The position numbers were made by a program, and so were the translations under genes. The notes under the pieces are model-generated. The model was given only the letters and a program-made list of their open reading frames with translations. It made no database searches and was not told the origin of the DNA. From contig PEZY01000012.1 of assembly GCA_002773855.1 (NCBI GenBank), forward strand, positions 161,570 to 225,569: DNA of 64,000 nt. The letters run 5' to 3'. Positions 8,988 through 19,829 of this stretch are shown here, piece after piece; within the stretch, counting starts at the first letter, position 1; each line of letters opens with the position of its first letter. This DNA comes from Candidatus Buchananbacteria bacterium CG10_big_fil_rev_8_21_14_0_10_33_19. GTDB lineage: Bacteria > Patescibacteriota > Patescibacteriia > 2-01-FULL-39-33.

Positions 8988-11300
8988 ATGAAAATTCTAA
9001 TTACTGGCTCTGGTGGAATGTTGGGGAGCTCGATGATTCCAGTCTTAAGAGAGGAGGGGTACGATGTTTATCCGACAGATAAAAATCCAGTTGAGGGGAT
9101 TGAACTATTAGATGTTCGAGAATACGATCAGGTTTTGGCTTGGGCCAGTAGATTACAACCAGATTTTATATTTCATTTGGCAGCTGAGACAGATTTAGAA
9201 ATTTGCGAAAACGATCCAGAGTATGCTTATAGTACCAACACCATTGGTACTCAAAATGTGGCTTTGATTTGTAAAAAGTTGGGTATTAAAATGGTTTATA
9301 TTTGTACGGCGGGAATTTTTGATGGTAAAAAAGAAAGTTTTTATAATGAATTTGATGAAGCAATTCCTTTGTCGATTTATGGCAAAACAAAATTAGAAGG
9401 TGAAAAAATTGTTAAAGAAATGTTGCATGAGTATTTTGTGTGTCGTCCTGGTTGGATGGTGGGTGGTGGAGCTAAAGACAAAAAATTTGTTGGTCAAATT
9501 ATCAAACAAATTAGAGACGGTGCCAAAGAGTTGCATGCGGTTGATGATAAATTTGGCACCTCCACCTATACCAAAGATTTTTGTAAAAATTTAGCAGCTC
9601 TAATTAAGACCGAGCACTATGGTTTGTATCATATGGTGTCTCGTGGTTCAGCTAGTCGATATGATGTGGCCAAAGAAATTGTGAAAATTTTAAATCGCCC
9701 AGATATTACTGTTCATAGTGTCCACTCTGATTATTTTGCTAAGCGTTATCCAGTGACTCGGCCACGTTCGGAAATGTTGGATAATTTAATGTTGGATTTA
9801 CGGGGTTTAAATTTAATGCGTAATTGGCGAGAAATATTGCCAGAATATATTAATGAACATTTTTCTGATGTTATTTTAAAAAACGATATTAATAATATGG
9901 ACAACAGTGAATCAAAAAATAAAAAAAAGTTTATTGTCATTGGTGCTGGCCTCGCCGGACTATCTACGGCTTATAAGTTATTACAGCAAGGGGCTGATGT
10001 GACTATTTTAGAAAAGGCCAAGGAAGTGGGCGGACTAGCTAGAACTATTAAGTATAAGGATTATTATTTTGATTTTTCAGCTCATCGCTTTTCGGCAAGT
10101 AAAAAAGATTTGATTGAGGAAATGAAACAAATAATGGAAGGTAATTTTACTGTTCGCTCAAAAAGATCTCGAATATTGATGTGGAACAAGTGGCTTAATT
10201 ATCCATTTGAATTATTAGATTTGATGTTGCACATGCCTAAGTTGTTGGCTATTAGAGCGGTCTTGGATTATATTTATACTTTAATTAAAGAGAAAATAAA
10301 ACCGACTAAAATTGTTTCTTTTAAGGATTGGTTTATCGCTAGCTTTGGTTATACTTTATATAAAACAAATTGCGAGCCTTATGCTACTAAGCATTGGCGC
10401 ATTGATCCCGGACAAATTTCGTCAGAGTGGGGTGAAGCTCGTTCACCAGCTAGTTTTAATTTAAAAACCATTATTGCGGATTTGATTACCAAGAAATATG
10501 CTAATGAGTTGGGTGCCGATAATCCTTATCCAGATGCGGATAGCTTCTATTATCCCAAGACTGGTGGCGTTGGCTCTATTGCCAATCGTTTTGCAGATGA
10601 AATTAGAAACATGGGCGGCAAAATTTACACTGAAGCAGAAATTACCAAAATTGATTTGTCTGGTGACAAAGCAGTAGTGGAATTTAATAAATATGGCAAC
10701 AGTCAAAAAATTGAAGCCGACAAAGTAGTGTCGACAATTTCAGTTTATATTTTATCAAATTTAGTTACTCCAGCTGTACCAGAAGAAGTCAAGGCTAGAT
10801 TGTCAAAGTTAACATACCTGAATACTATTTTTATAAATGTAATAATTAATCGTCCAAAAATTAGTGATGATTCTTGGTTATACTTTCCACAACCATCAGA
10901 AGAAATTATTTTTAATCGAGCAGTCGAATTTAAGAATTGGAGCGAAGATATGGCACCAAAAGACAAAACTAGCTTATGTTTGGATATATCTTGTACTAGT
11001 AGTGAGAAAATATGGACAGAGGATAATGATGCAGATTTAATTGCTAAAGCTAAAGAAGGACTAGTGAGGTCAAAAATTATTTCTAGTGTTGATGAGGTAG
11101 AAGAAACTTTTGTATTGAAAATTCCTTTCACTTATCCAGTTTATGATTTGGGTTATATTGATAATTTGAGACCAGTTGTAGAATCACTAGAGAAAAATGA
11201 TAAGTTAAAATTAGTGGGGCGTATTGGTAAGTTTAGTTATTCTAATATGGATGACGTTATAGCCGATGGTTTTGCTTTGGCTAATGATTTAATGAAATAA
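8988..11300 (+). CDS. Fusion: RmlD-like NDP-4-keto-sugar reductase plus FAD-dependent oxidoreductase (HemY-like/UDP-galactopyranose-mutase-like)
   Basis: aa1-300: ITGSGGMLG, HLAAETD...E, YGKTKLEGE, RPRSEMLD. From internal Met at 9897: VIGAGLAGL, LEKAKEVGGLART, DFSAHRF, YPVY, GRIGKFSYSNMD. Confidence 0.75.
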   Translation: MKILITGSGGMLGSSMIPVLREEGYDVYPTDKNPVEGIELLDVREYDQVLAWASRLQPDFIFHLAAETDLEICENDPEYAYSTNTIGTQNVALICKKLGIKMVYICTAGIFDGKKESFYNEFDEAIPLSIYGKTKLEGEKIVKEMLHEYFVCRPGWMVGGGAKDKKFVGQIIKQIRDGAKELHAVDDKFGTSTYTKDFCKNLAALIKTEHYGLYHMVSRGSASRYDVAKEIVKILNRPDITVHSVHSDYFAKRYPVTRPRSEMLDNLMLDLRGLNLMRNWREILPEYINEHFSDVILKNDINNMDNSESKNKKKFIVIGAGLAGLSTAYKLLQQGADVTILEKAKEVGGLARTIKYKDYYFDFSAHRFSASKKDLIEEMKQIMEGNFTVRSKRSRILMWNKWLNYPFELLDLMLHMPKLLAIRAVLDYIYTLIKEKIKPTKIVSFKDWFIASFGYTLYKTNCEPYATKHWRIDPGQISSEWGEARSPASFNLKTIIADLITKKYANELGADNPYPDADSFYYPKTGGVGSIANRFADEIRNMGGKIYTEAEITKIDLSGDKAVVEFNKYGNSQKIEADKVVSTISVYILSNLVTPAVPEEVKARLSKLTYLNTIFINVIINRPKISDDSWLYFPQPSEEIIFNRAVEFKNWSEDMAPKDKTSLCLDISCTSSEKIWTEDNDADLIAKAKEGLVRSKIISSVDEVEETFVLKIPFTYPVYDLGYIDNLRPVVESLEKNDKLKLVGRIGKFSYSNMDDVIADGFALANDLMK

Positions 11301-11302
11301 AT

Positions 11303-14300
11303 ATGATTAAAGGTTTAGTCAAAAAACATAAAGTAATAATAATAATTTTTTTGTTGTCTTTGTTTTTGCGACTACTAACCTTTGGGCTTCTAATTGATAA
11401 TTATGGCACCGGTAGTTTTTATTTGGCCAATAATACTGAAGTTTTAGATGGTAATGATACTCAGCATTATGTGATTATTGCCAGTAATATTTCTGAACAC
11501 GGAGTGTATTCTAGATTCATAAATGAACCGTTTGAACCAGATAGTTTGCGTACACCACTTTTGCCATTGTATTTTTTGCCGTTTATTCATTTTTTAGGAT
11601 TTAGCAGTGTTTGGCTAGCAATGTTATTATTAGTAATTATTTTGTCGGCGATACCGGTAGAAGCTTATTATTTGGCAAAATTATTTTTAAGTAACAAGCT
11701 TAGCTTGGTGGCGGGATTATTAGTGGCTTTGCAGCCACTAATGATTTACTTCACTAGTATTACCGAGCCCGATATGCTGATGATTTTTTTGTTCTTGCTA
11801 GTGATTTATCATTTTTGTCTTTATTATATTAATAATACTTCTAAGAATTTATTGTTGTCAGCTCTGCTGTTAGGATTAATGACTTTGGCTAAGCCAGTTG
11901 GTATTTATATCGCGGTCATCTTGGTGATTTTTGTGGCTTTAAAAATTATAAAAAATAAAAAAGTTTTTCTAAATTTATTTTTATTTATTTTTATTTTTGG
12001 TTTGATTATATCGCCCTGGTTGTATAGAAATTATCAAGTTTTTGGCACAGTAGATATTAGTGCTATTAAATCGACCAATCTATATTTGTATTATACTGTT
12101 GGTTTTGAAAAAAATAATGAAGTCTTGCCAGTTGATTTAGGTGAAAGACAGCCAGTTAAAAATATTAAATATCAAAAGGAGTATGTTAGCTTGGCTGTAG
12201 ATAGAATTTTAAATCAGCCGATAGCTTATACCATGCATCATTTAATTGGTACTCTAAGATCGATGTTAGCCGGTGATTTGCAAGAAATTTATCACAAGGG
12301 TCATTCTAATATTTTGCCGTTTAGCTTAGATTTAGAGGGTCGAGTAAATATAACCGACAGCCTACAGTCTGGTAAATTGCTAGTGGTTATAAAATCAATT
12401 TTATTGAATTTTAATTTGTTACTTAGATATTTAATTTTAACCATTCTTTATATTCTGGTAGCTTTTGGCTGGTTGATGTCGTATAAGAGTAATAAAAAAA
12501 CTTTTGTTTTGTTTACCATGTTTGGTGTTTTAATTGCTTATTTCTTTTTGTCTTCTGGACCGTTTGTTTCGCCAAAATATCGTTTGCCAATTATGCCACT
12601 CTTGTTAATTATGTCTTTATATACTTTTTCTAATATGAAAAAAAATAAAATTAATGACAAAAAAATAGTTATTGCATCGGGCACTTATTTACCAGAAATT
12701 TCTGGTCAGTCTACCTTTGTCGATAACTTCAAAAAAAATTTACCAGCTGATTATGAATTAGTAATTGTGGCCTATGGTAATAAAACCGAAGTGGTAAATA
12801 ATAATATTTATTATATTAAACGAAATATATTTAGACATCTTAATTATTATTTAACTATTAGAAATCAGGCCAAGGACGCAGTGATTATTTATGCTCAAGA
12901 TTTGGTGTCATCAGGCTTACCAGCAGCCTTGGCCAAAAGATCAAGTAATTATTTAGTTGTTCGTATTGGTGGTGATTTCTTGTGGGAGAAGATGGTAAAT
13001 ACTGGTAAGACCGAAGTGCCAATTAGTCAGTATTACCAGCAGCCAAAAAGTTTGTTAGAAAAACTTTATTTAAAATTATATCACTATGTTATAAATAAAA
13101 GTGATAAATTAATTTTTAATACACCCTGGCCACAGAAGTGGTATGCTGATTATTTTAATATTAGTATTAATAAAATTAGTGTGATTCAAAATCCGTTTAC
13201 TATTAATAATAAAATTGATGTAAATGATTCAGTAATTGGCGATGAAATTATTTATGCTGGTCGTTTTATACCGCTTAAAAATTTAGAAAGATTGATCGAA
13301 GCTTTTAAAAAAATAAAAACTGATAAAAAATTAGTAATTATTGGTGCTGGTCCACAATATAATGATTTACAAAAATTAGCCGCTAGCGATCAGCGAATTG
13401 CTATTGTTGATAAAATGAATCAGGCACAGTTATGGCAGAGAATTGCCAAATCTTATTTGTTTATTTTGCCAAGTATTTCTGAATTCAATCCTAACGTAGC
13501 TATTGAAGCTCTGAGTTTGCACAAACCAGTTATTTTAACTAAAGAGGTTGGCTTGTCTGATGATTTAAAAAGTAAGTTTGTTTTAGCTGATCCATTAAGT
13601 GTTGATAGTATTGAAAAACAAATTGAATATTTATTGAATGGTGAAAATTATAAAAACTTTTTAGATAATTTGTCTATCGGCGATTTGTCTTATGATTGGT
13701 CAAAGGTGATGAGTGAGCATATTGAGGTGTTTAACTCTATTATTAATCAAATAAATGTATTAAATATTGGCACTGACAGAGGTTTAGCTGGCGGTAAAAA
13801 ATTAGGAGATGCTATAGCTAGACATCGAGCTTATGGCGAACACGTAGATAACTTAGATATCATCACTTATTCTAGTAGTAGAGATAATTTACTTGGCCTT
13901 AAAATATCGGATAATGTTACAGGCTATGCTACTAATTCGCTATTTAAAATATTTTTTGTATTTGATGTTATTAAAATATTTAGAAAAATAAATAAGCAAC
14001 ATAAAATTAATATCGTTGTTTGTCAGGATCCTTTTGTACCAGCTTTGGCCGGATTATTTTTAAAAATATTTTATCATGTTAAATTACAAATTAATTTTCA
14101 TGGTGATTTTTGGCAGAACAAAAATTGGCTTAAGGAAAATCCAATTAATTTTATATTTTTGTTAATATCAAAATTTACTGTTCCCTTTGCTGATGCTATT
14201 AGAGTGATGAGTGATGGTCAAAAATTAAAGTTAGGTTCTTATGCTAAAAAAGCTAGGGTGATATCAACACCAGTAGATATTAAAAAAATTTTAGATTCTA

Positions 14301-14884
14301 GTCAGACAGTGAGTTCAGAAGGGGCCTTGATGGTTTTGCATGTTGGTCGAGATGATAAAGTTAAGGATTATGATACTTTACTAAAAAGCTGGAATATAAT
14401 AAATACTGATTTAAATACTGATAAGAAAAAAAGAGTGATGTTTTATCAGTCTGGGGCTGATCAAGAATTAGATAAGGCTAAAGCCGCTTTAGGTCAAGCT
14501 GGTTTGGATATCAATATTATTAAGTTGGGGCGCAAGGATCATGATTCATTAATTAAATATTATAATCAGGCTAATGTAGTCATGTTGTCTTCCACTTCTG
14601 AAAGTTTTGGTAAAGTGTTAATAGAGGCTAGTGCCGCTGGTAAGCCGGTGGTATCAACCTCTACCACTGGCGCTAAAGAGATTATAGTTGATCAAAAAAA
14701 TGGTTATCTGGTGCCAATTGGTGACGCCAATGGTTTGGCCGAGAAAATTATTTATTTATTAGAAAATAGTGATAAGGCTAAGGCTATGGGCGAGACTGGT
14801 AGGGAAATGGTTGTAAAAAAATATGGTCATAACACTGAAAAAATTATTAAACTTTGGCAAGATATTATAAAAAATAATATATGA
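11303..14884 (+). CDS. Triple fusion: GT-C (ArnT/PMT-like) membrane glycosyltransferase plus two GT4 domains
   Basis: aa1-444 polytopic with DTQHY, RTPLLP, PWLYRNY, KYRLPI; GT4 #1 from internal Met at 12635 (YAGRFIPLKN, PSISEFNPNVAIEAL); GT4 #2 (SSTSESFGKVLIEA...GAKEII). Confidence 0.8.
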   Translation: MIKGLVKKHKVIIIIFLLSLFLRLLTFGLLIDNYGTGSFYLANNTEVLDGNDTQHYVIIASNISEHGVYSRFINEPFEPDSLRTPLLPLYFLPFIHFLGFSSVWLAMLLLVIILSAIPVEAYYLAKLFLSNKLSLVAGLLVALQPLMIYFTSITEPDMLMIFLFLLVIYHFCLYYINNTSKNLLLSALLLGLMTLAKPVGIYIAVILVIFVALKIIKNKKVFLNLFLFIFIFGLIISPWLYRNYQVFGTVDISAIKSTNLYLYYTVGFEKNNEVLPVDLGERQPVKNIKYQKEYVSLAVDRILNQPIAYTMHHLIGTLRSMLAGDLQEIYHKGHSNILPFSLDLEGRVNITDSLQSGKLLVVIKSILLNFNLLLRYLILTILYILVAFGWLMSYKSNKKTFVLFTMFGVLIAYFFLSSGPFVSPKYRLPIMPLLLIMSLYTFSNMKKNKINDKKIVIASGTYLPEISGQSTFVDNFKKNLPADYELVIVAYGNKTEVVNNNIYYIKRNIFRHLNYYLTIRNQAKDAVIIYAQDLVSSGLPAALAKRSSNYLVVRIGGDFLWEKMVNTGKTEVPISQYYQQPKSLLEKLYLKLYHYVINKSDKLIFNTPWPQKWYADYFNISINKISVIQNPFTINNKIDVNDSVIGDEIIYAGRFIPLKNLERLIEAFKKIKTDKKLVIIGAGPQYNDLQKLAASDQRIAIVDKMNQAQLWQRIAKSYLFILPSISEFNPNVAIEALSLHKPVILTKEVGLSDDLKSKFVLADPLSVDSIEKQIEYLLNGENYKNFLDNLSIGDLSYDWSKVMSEHIEVFNSIINQINVLNIGTDRGLAGGKKLGDAIARHRAYGEHVDNLDIITYSSSRDNLLGLKISDNVTGYATNSLFKIFFVFDVIKIFRKINKQHKINIVVCQDPFVPALAGLFLKIFYHVKLQINFHGDFWQNKNWLKENPINFIFLLISKFTVPFADAIRVMSDGQKLKLGSYAKKARVISTPVDIKKILDSSQTVSSEGALMVLHVGRDDKVKDYDTLLKSWNIINTDLNTDKKKRVMFYQSGADQELDKAKAALGQAGLDINIIKLGRKDHDSLIKYYNQANVVMLSSTSESFGKVLIEASAAGKPVVSTSTTGAKEIIVDQKNGYLVPIGDANGLAEKIIYLLENSDKAKAMGETGREMVVKKYGHNTEKIIKLWQDIIKNNI

Positions 14885-15594
14885 GTAAAAAGATATTTAT
14901 CTCCATAGCCACTTATAATGAAAAAGAAAATATTGAAAAATTAATTCAAGATATTTTTGGTGTAGGTTATGACAATTTATCAATTATTATAATTGATGAT
15001 AATTCACCAGATGGTACTAGTGATATAGTTAAGAGACTGCAATCAGAATTTACTAATTTATATTTAATTCAACGGTCTGGTAAATTAGGCTATGGCAGTG
15101 CCCATATTGCGGGTTTTAAATTGGCTATGGAAAAAGGGTCTGAGATTATTATTTCTATGGATGCTGATTTTTCTCATGATCCTAAAAAAATTCCCGAGCT
15201 GGTGACAGCTATGGATAATGGCAGTGATGTGGTTATTGGCTCTAGAAGGGTAGCTGGCGGTAAGGTAGTGGGTTGGGGCTTGTGGCGTAAATTTTGTAGT
15301 GCTGGAGCTATGTTGTCATCGCAAGTAATTTTGGGTATTAAGACTAAAGATTTAACCAGTGGCTTTAGGGCTTATGATGTAAAAGTTTTTAATAAAGTAA
15401 ATTTAGATAGTATTAAAAGTAATGGCTATTCTTTTTTGGAAGAATTAATTTATTTAGTAGAAAAAAATAAATTTACAGTTAAAGAAGTGCCAATAGTTTT
15501 TCATGATCGACAACTAGGTAATTCTAAATTGTCCAAAAAAGAAATTGTAAAATTTTTTATCACTATATTTAAAATTAAATTTGGCAAAAAATGA
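14881..15594 (+). CDS. GT2 polyprenol-phosphate glycosyltransferase (DPM1/Ppm1-like)
   Basis: IATYNEKENI, IIDDNSPDGT, GKLGYGSA, MDADFSHDP, DLTSGFRAY. Confidence 0.9.
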   Translation: MSKKIFISIATYNEKENIEKLIQDIFGVGYDNLSIIIIDDNSPDGTSDIVKRLQSEFTNLYLIQRSGKLGYGSAHIAGFKLAMEKGSEIIISMDADFSHDPKKIPELVTAMDNGSDVVIGSRRVAGGKVVGWGLWRKFCSAGAMLSSQVILGIKTKDLTSGFRAYDVKVFNKVNLDSIKSNGYSFLEELIYLVEKNKFTVKEVPIVFHDRQLGNSKLSKKEIVKFFITIFKIKFGKK

Positions 15595-16619
15595 AACTAT
15601 TAATGATCACTAGAAAAGTTGATGATAATGATGCCTTGGCTGGGTTTGCTTATAATTGGGTGAGAAGTATTGCTAATAATTTAGATAAGCTATATGTGAT
15701 TACTTGGCAAAAAAGTGATAACAGTAATCTACCAAGTAACGTAGAATTAATTTCTTTAACTGGTAATAAATTTACAAAAGTTTTATTACTGCAAAAATAT
15801 CTGGTAAATATTTTACCAAAAGTTAATGGTGTGTTTTGTCATATGAATCCGGAGTATACGATTATCACTGCCCCACTGGCCAAAATATTTAGAAAAAAAG
15901 TGGTTAGTTGGTATACTCATAAATCAATTACTTGGCGCCGAAGGTTGTTAGAAATCTTAGCTGACAAAATCGTAACGGCTTCAAATTTGAGTTTTAGGAA
16001 TCCTTGGTTTTCCAAAAAGTTAGAAATAATTGGGCATGGTATAGATGTTGATTTATTTAAGTCGGTAGCAAGAGCTGGTAACTCAGAAGTATTTAATATT
16101 ATTTCGGTTGGCCGGATATCACCTACTAAGGATTATGAATCCATAATTAAAGCCTTAGACATTTTAAAAAATAAAAATATCAGATTAAAGATTATTGGTG
16201 ATGTTATTTTAGAATCTCAAAAAAGTTATTTGACTAGCTTAAAAAAAATGACATCAACTATGGCGTTAGAGGATCAAGTGGAATTCATAGGTTGGGTAGC
16301 CAATAAAAATATGCCGCCTTATTATCAAGCGGCTGATTTATTTATTAATATGAGTGGTACGGGTAGTGTTGATAAGGTAATGTTGGAGGCTATGAGTAGT
16401 GGTTGTTTGGTTTTAACATCTAATGAAGCTTTTGAAGATATAATTAGTAGTCGTTTTATGATAAATAAAGATGATCCTAGTGGACTGGCCTTAAAAATAA
16501 AATTGATAATGGCTATGTCAGACAATGACAAATTAGAAGTTAGAAATAAATTTCGACAGATAGTTATAGCTGATTATGAGTTAGAAAAATTAGCTAAAAA
16601 AATAATTAAACAGTTTTAA
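15591..16619 (+). CDS. Glycosyltransferase family 4
   Basis: GHGIDVDLF, SVGRISPTKD, SGTGSVDKVMLEAM. Confidence 0.85.
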   Translation: MKLLMITRKVDDNDALAGFAYNWVRSIANNLDKLYVITWQKSDNSNLPSNVELISLTGNKFTKVLLLQKYLVNILPKVNGVFCHMNPEYTIITAPLAKIFRKKVVSWYTHKSITWRRRLLEILADKIVTASNLSFRNPWFSKKLEIIGHGIDVDLFKSVARAGNSEVFNIISVGRISPTKDYESIIKALDILKNKNIRLKIIGDVILESQKSYLTSLKKMTSTMALEDQVEFIGWVANKNMPPYYQAADLFINMSGTGSVDKVMLEAMSSGCLVLTSNEAFEDIISSRFMINKDDPSGLALKIKLIMAMSDNDKLEVRNKFRQIVIADYELEKLAKKIIKQF

Positions 16620-16622
16620 CAT

Positions 16623-17666
16623 ATGGTAGTTTGTTATTTTGGATTATACAATCAGAATTACAGTCGTAATAAAATTTTGATTAATGGTTTAAGAAAAAAT
16701 CAGGTTGAAGTAATTGAATGCCATAGCAATAAAAAAGGCTTGGCTAAGTTTTGGGATTTAATTGTCCAACATAATAAAATTAGAAATCAGTATGATGTGA
16801 TGGTGGTGGGTTTCCCTGGTCAGTTGTCAATGATTTTGGCTAGGTTTGTTACCAGTAAGCCAATTGTATTTGATGCTTTTTTATCGTTTTATGATTCTAT
16901 GGTTTTTGATCGTAAAATACATTCGCCAAATAGCTTAAAGGCCTTGTATTTTTGGTTTATTGATTGGTTGTCTTGCCTGCTAGCTAATAAAATATTGTTA
17001 GATACTAATGAACATATTAAATACTTTGTTAAAACATTTAATATAAATAAATCAAAGTTTCATCGGATTTTTATTGGTGCTGATGAGACAATATTTTATC
17101 CTAGAGAAAAAAATAATAAAGAAGATAAATTTGTTATTCATTTTCATGGCACTTACATTCCGCTTCAAGGCATTAAATATATTATTGATGCGGCTAATAT
17201 TTTAAAAAATGAAAATATAGTATTTAATTTAATTGGTAGTGGTCAACAATTTAAAGAGATGGAAAAATATATTACTGATTTAAAAATAAATAATATTAAT
17301 TTAACAAAATTTGTGCCAATTGAAGAGGTGGCTGAATATATTTCTAAATCAGACATGTGTTTGGGGATATTTGGTGATACTGATAAGGCCAAGCGGGTTA
17401 TTCCTAATAAGTTATATGAGTGTATTGCTATGAAGAAGCCAGTGTTGACTGCTAGTAGTGATGCTATTTTAGAAAAATTTGATAATTATGATAATATCTT
17501 ATTGTGTAATATAGCTGATAGCAATGATTTAGCCGCTAAGATATTGGAATTAAAAAATAATCATGATTTACTGGATAAAATAGCAGAAAATGGTTATAGT
17601 CTATTTACCAAAGAATTTAGTTCAGAAGTCTTGGGTAAAAAATTAATTGATATTATTAAACAATAA
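16623..17666 (+). CDS. Glycosyltransferase family 4
   Basis: FHGTYIPLQG, LGIFGDTDKAKRVIPNKLYE. Confidence 0.85.
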   Translation: MVVCYFGLYNQNYSRNKILINGLRKNQVEVIECHSNKKGLAKFWDLIVQHNKIRNQYDVMVVGFPGQLSMILARFVTSKPIVFDAFLSFYDSMVFDRKIHSPNSLKALYFWFIDWLSCLLANKILLDTNEHIKYFVKTFNINKSKFHRIFIGADETIFYPREKNNKEDKFVIHFHGTYIPLQGIKYIIDAANILKNENIVFNLIGSGQQFKEMEKYITDLKINNINLTKFVPIEEVAEYISKSDMCLGIFGDTDKAKRVIPNKLYECIAMKKPVLTASSDAILEKFDNYDNILLCNIADSNDLAAKILELKNNHDLLDKIAENGYSLFTKEFSSEVLGKKLIDIIKQ

Positions 17667-17669
17667 AAT

Positions 17670-18674
17670 ATGAAGGAAAAAATAAATGTACTAGTAACTG
17701 GAGGAGCTGGTTTTATTGGATCACATGTCGTTGATGAATTAGTGGCTTTAAATTATCAAGTTGTGGTTTTGGATGATCTAAGTGGTGGTTTTTTAGAGAA
17801 TGTTAATGATAATGCTATTTTTGTTAATGGCAGTATTAATGATATAGAATTAGTTAATTCTTTGTTTAAGGTTTTTAATTTTGATTATGTTTACCATTTA
17901 GCAGCCTATGCAGCCGAGGGCTTGAGTCATTTTATTAAAAATTTTAATCACAATAATAATTTAATTGGCAGTGTTAATTTAATTAATGCCGCTGTTAATT
18001 ATAATGTTAGGTGTTTTGTGTTTACATCTTCGATTGCAGTTTACGGTGCTGGTCAATTGCCCATGCACGAGGAAACAGTGCCTAAGCCAGAGGATTCTTA
18101 TGGGATTGCTAAATATGCTGTGGAAATGGAATTGCAAGTTAGTCATGAAATGTTTGGATTGGATTATATTATTTTTCGGCCACATAATGTGTTTGGTGAA
18201 AGGCAAAATTTGGGTGATAAGTATCGTAATGTAGTGGGCATTTTTATGAATCAAATTATGCAAGATCAGCCAATTACAATTTTTGGTAATGGTGAACAGA
18301 GTCGAGCCTTCACTTATATTCAGGGCGTGGCTAAAACTATTGCTAGTTCAGTTCTAAATAAGCGGGCTTACGGTGAGGTGTTTAATGTGGGGGCGGATTC
18401 AGCAATTACAGTTAACGAATTGGCTAGGTTAGTATTTGAATCTATGGGTAAGTCCACCGATATAAATTATTTACCAGTTCGTAATGAGGTAAAGCATGCT
18501 TATTCTTCACATCAAAAGGTTAAAGATATATTAAATTATCAAGAAGAAATTGATTTAAAAGAGGGAATAAAAAGAATGTCTAATTGGGCGATGATAGCTG
18601 GATCTAAAAAATCAGATTATTTTAATAATATTGAAATAACTAAAAATTTACCACCAAGTTGGAAACAAAAATAA
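17670..18674 (+). CDS. NAD-dependent nucleotide-sugar epimerase/dehydratase
   Basis: VTGGAGFIGS, HLAAYAAEGLSHF, TSSIAVYG, YGIAK, RPHNVFGERQ. Confidence 0.88.
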   Translation: MKEKINVLVTGGAGFIGSHVVDELVALNYQVVVLDDLSGGFLENVNDNAIFVNGSINDIELVNSLFKVFNFDYVYHLAAYAAEGLSHFIKNFNHNNNLIGSVNLINAAVNYNVRCFVFTSSIAVYGAGQLPMHEETVPKPEDSYGIAKYAVEMELQVSHEMFGLDYIIFRPHNVFGERQNLGDKYRNVVGIFMNQIMQDQPITIFGNGEQSRAFTYIQGVAKTIASSVLNKRAYGEVFNVGADSAITVNELARLVFESMGKSTDINYLPVRNEVKHAYSSHQKVKDILNYQEEIDLKEGIKRMSNWAMIAGSKKSDYFNNIEITKNLPPSWKQK

Positions 18675-18677
18675 ATC

Positions 18678-19829
18678 ATGAAATTGCTCTACATTGCTAA
18701 TATTAGAATACCCACCGAAAAAGCTCATGGTCACCAAATAATGACTATGGGTGAAGCTTTTAGTCTGCAAGGAGTGGATACTATTTTGGTGGTGCCGAGC
18801 AGAAAGAATAATGATTTTAAAAATGTTAATCCGTTTGATTTTTATGAAATCAAGAAAAATTTTAAACTTAAAAAAATATTAACTATTGATCCGGTATTAT
18901 TATTAAAATTTCCAGCTGGTATATATATTAAGGTTCAGTCTATAATATTTATGTTTTTTTTGAGTTGGTATTTTCTGTTTATAAATAGAGGAGACTATAC
19001 TGTTTATACTCGAGATGAGTATTTATTACCATTTTTACAAATATTTTTTAAGCGAGTAGTCTGGGAAGCTCATGCCTTGCCTAATAATTTAAACAAGTAC
19101 AGAAAATATTTGAATCGCTGTTACAAGGTTATAGTTTTAACTTCTGAGATTAAAAAACAATTGACTAAATTAGGCATAAATGGTAATAAGGTTCTAGTGT
19201 CTCCGGATGCAGTAGACTTGTCTATATTTGATATTGATATAGATAAACAAGAGGCTCGTCAGTCTTTAAAGTTACCTGCTAATAAAATTTTACTAGGCTA
19301 TACTGGCAGTTTTAAAACCAAGGACATGGATAAGGGGATTAGCGACATATTAAAAGCCTTAAAAAAATTACCAGACAATATTCTATTAGTGGCTATAGGT
19401 GGTAGTGATATTGATATCGAATTTTATAAAAACATAGCCAAGAGTTTGAACATAGAAAATAGAGTGATCTGGGTTAAAAAAGTTGATCAAAAAACATTGG
19501 CAGTGTATCAAAAATCTTTTGATGTATTGTTGATGCCTTTTCCATACACTAAGCACTATGCTTATTATATGTCACCACTTAAAATGTTTGAATACATGGC
19601 ATCGAAAAGGCCAATTGTGGCCTCTAATTTGCCGACTATTAAAGAAGTTCTAAATGAGAATAATTGTATTTTTTGTCGACCAGATGATAACGCTGATTTA
19701 GCTAATAAGATAAATATATTAATAAGTAATAGTGATTTAGCTGCCAAACTTTCTAACCAGGCTTATTTGGATGTTAAAAATTATACTTGGAATAATCGAG
19801 CAAAATTAATAATTGATTTTATAAGTTAA
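18678..19829 (+). CDS. Glycosyltransferase family 4
   Basis: NIRIPTEKAHG, YMSPLKMFEYMAS.RPIVAS. Confidence 0.88.
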   Translation: MKLLYIANIRIPTEKAHGHQIMTMGEAFSLQGVDTILVVPSRKNNDFKNVNPFDFYEIKKNFKLKKILTIDPVLLLKFPAGIYIKVQSIIFMFFLSWYFLFINRGDYTVYTRDEYLLPFLQIFFKRVVWEAHALPNNLNKYRKYLNRCYKVIVLTSEIKKQLTKLGINGNKVLVSPDAVDLSIFDIDIDKQEARQSLKLPANKILLGYTGSFKTKDMDKGISDILKALKKLPDNILLVAIGGSDIDIEFYKNIAKSLNIENRVIWVKKVDQKTLAVYQKSFDVLLMPFPYTKHYAYYMSPLKMFEYMASKRPIVASNLPTIKEVLNENNCIFCRPDDNADLANKINILISNSDLAAKLSNQAYLDVKNYTWNNRAKLIIDFIS

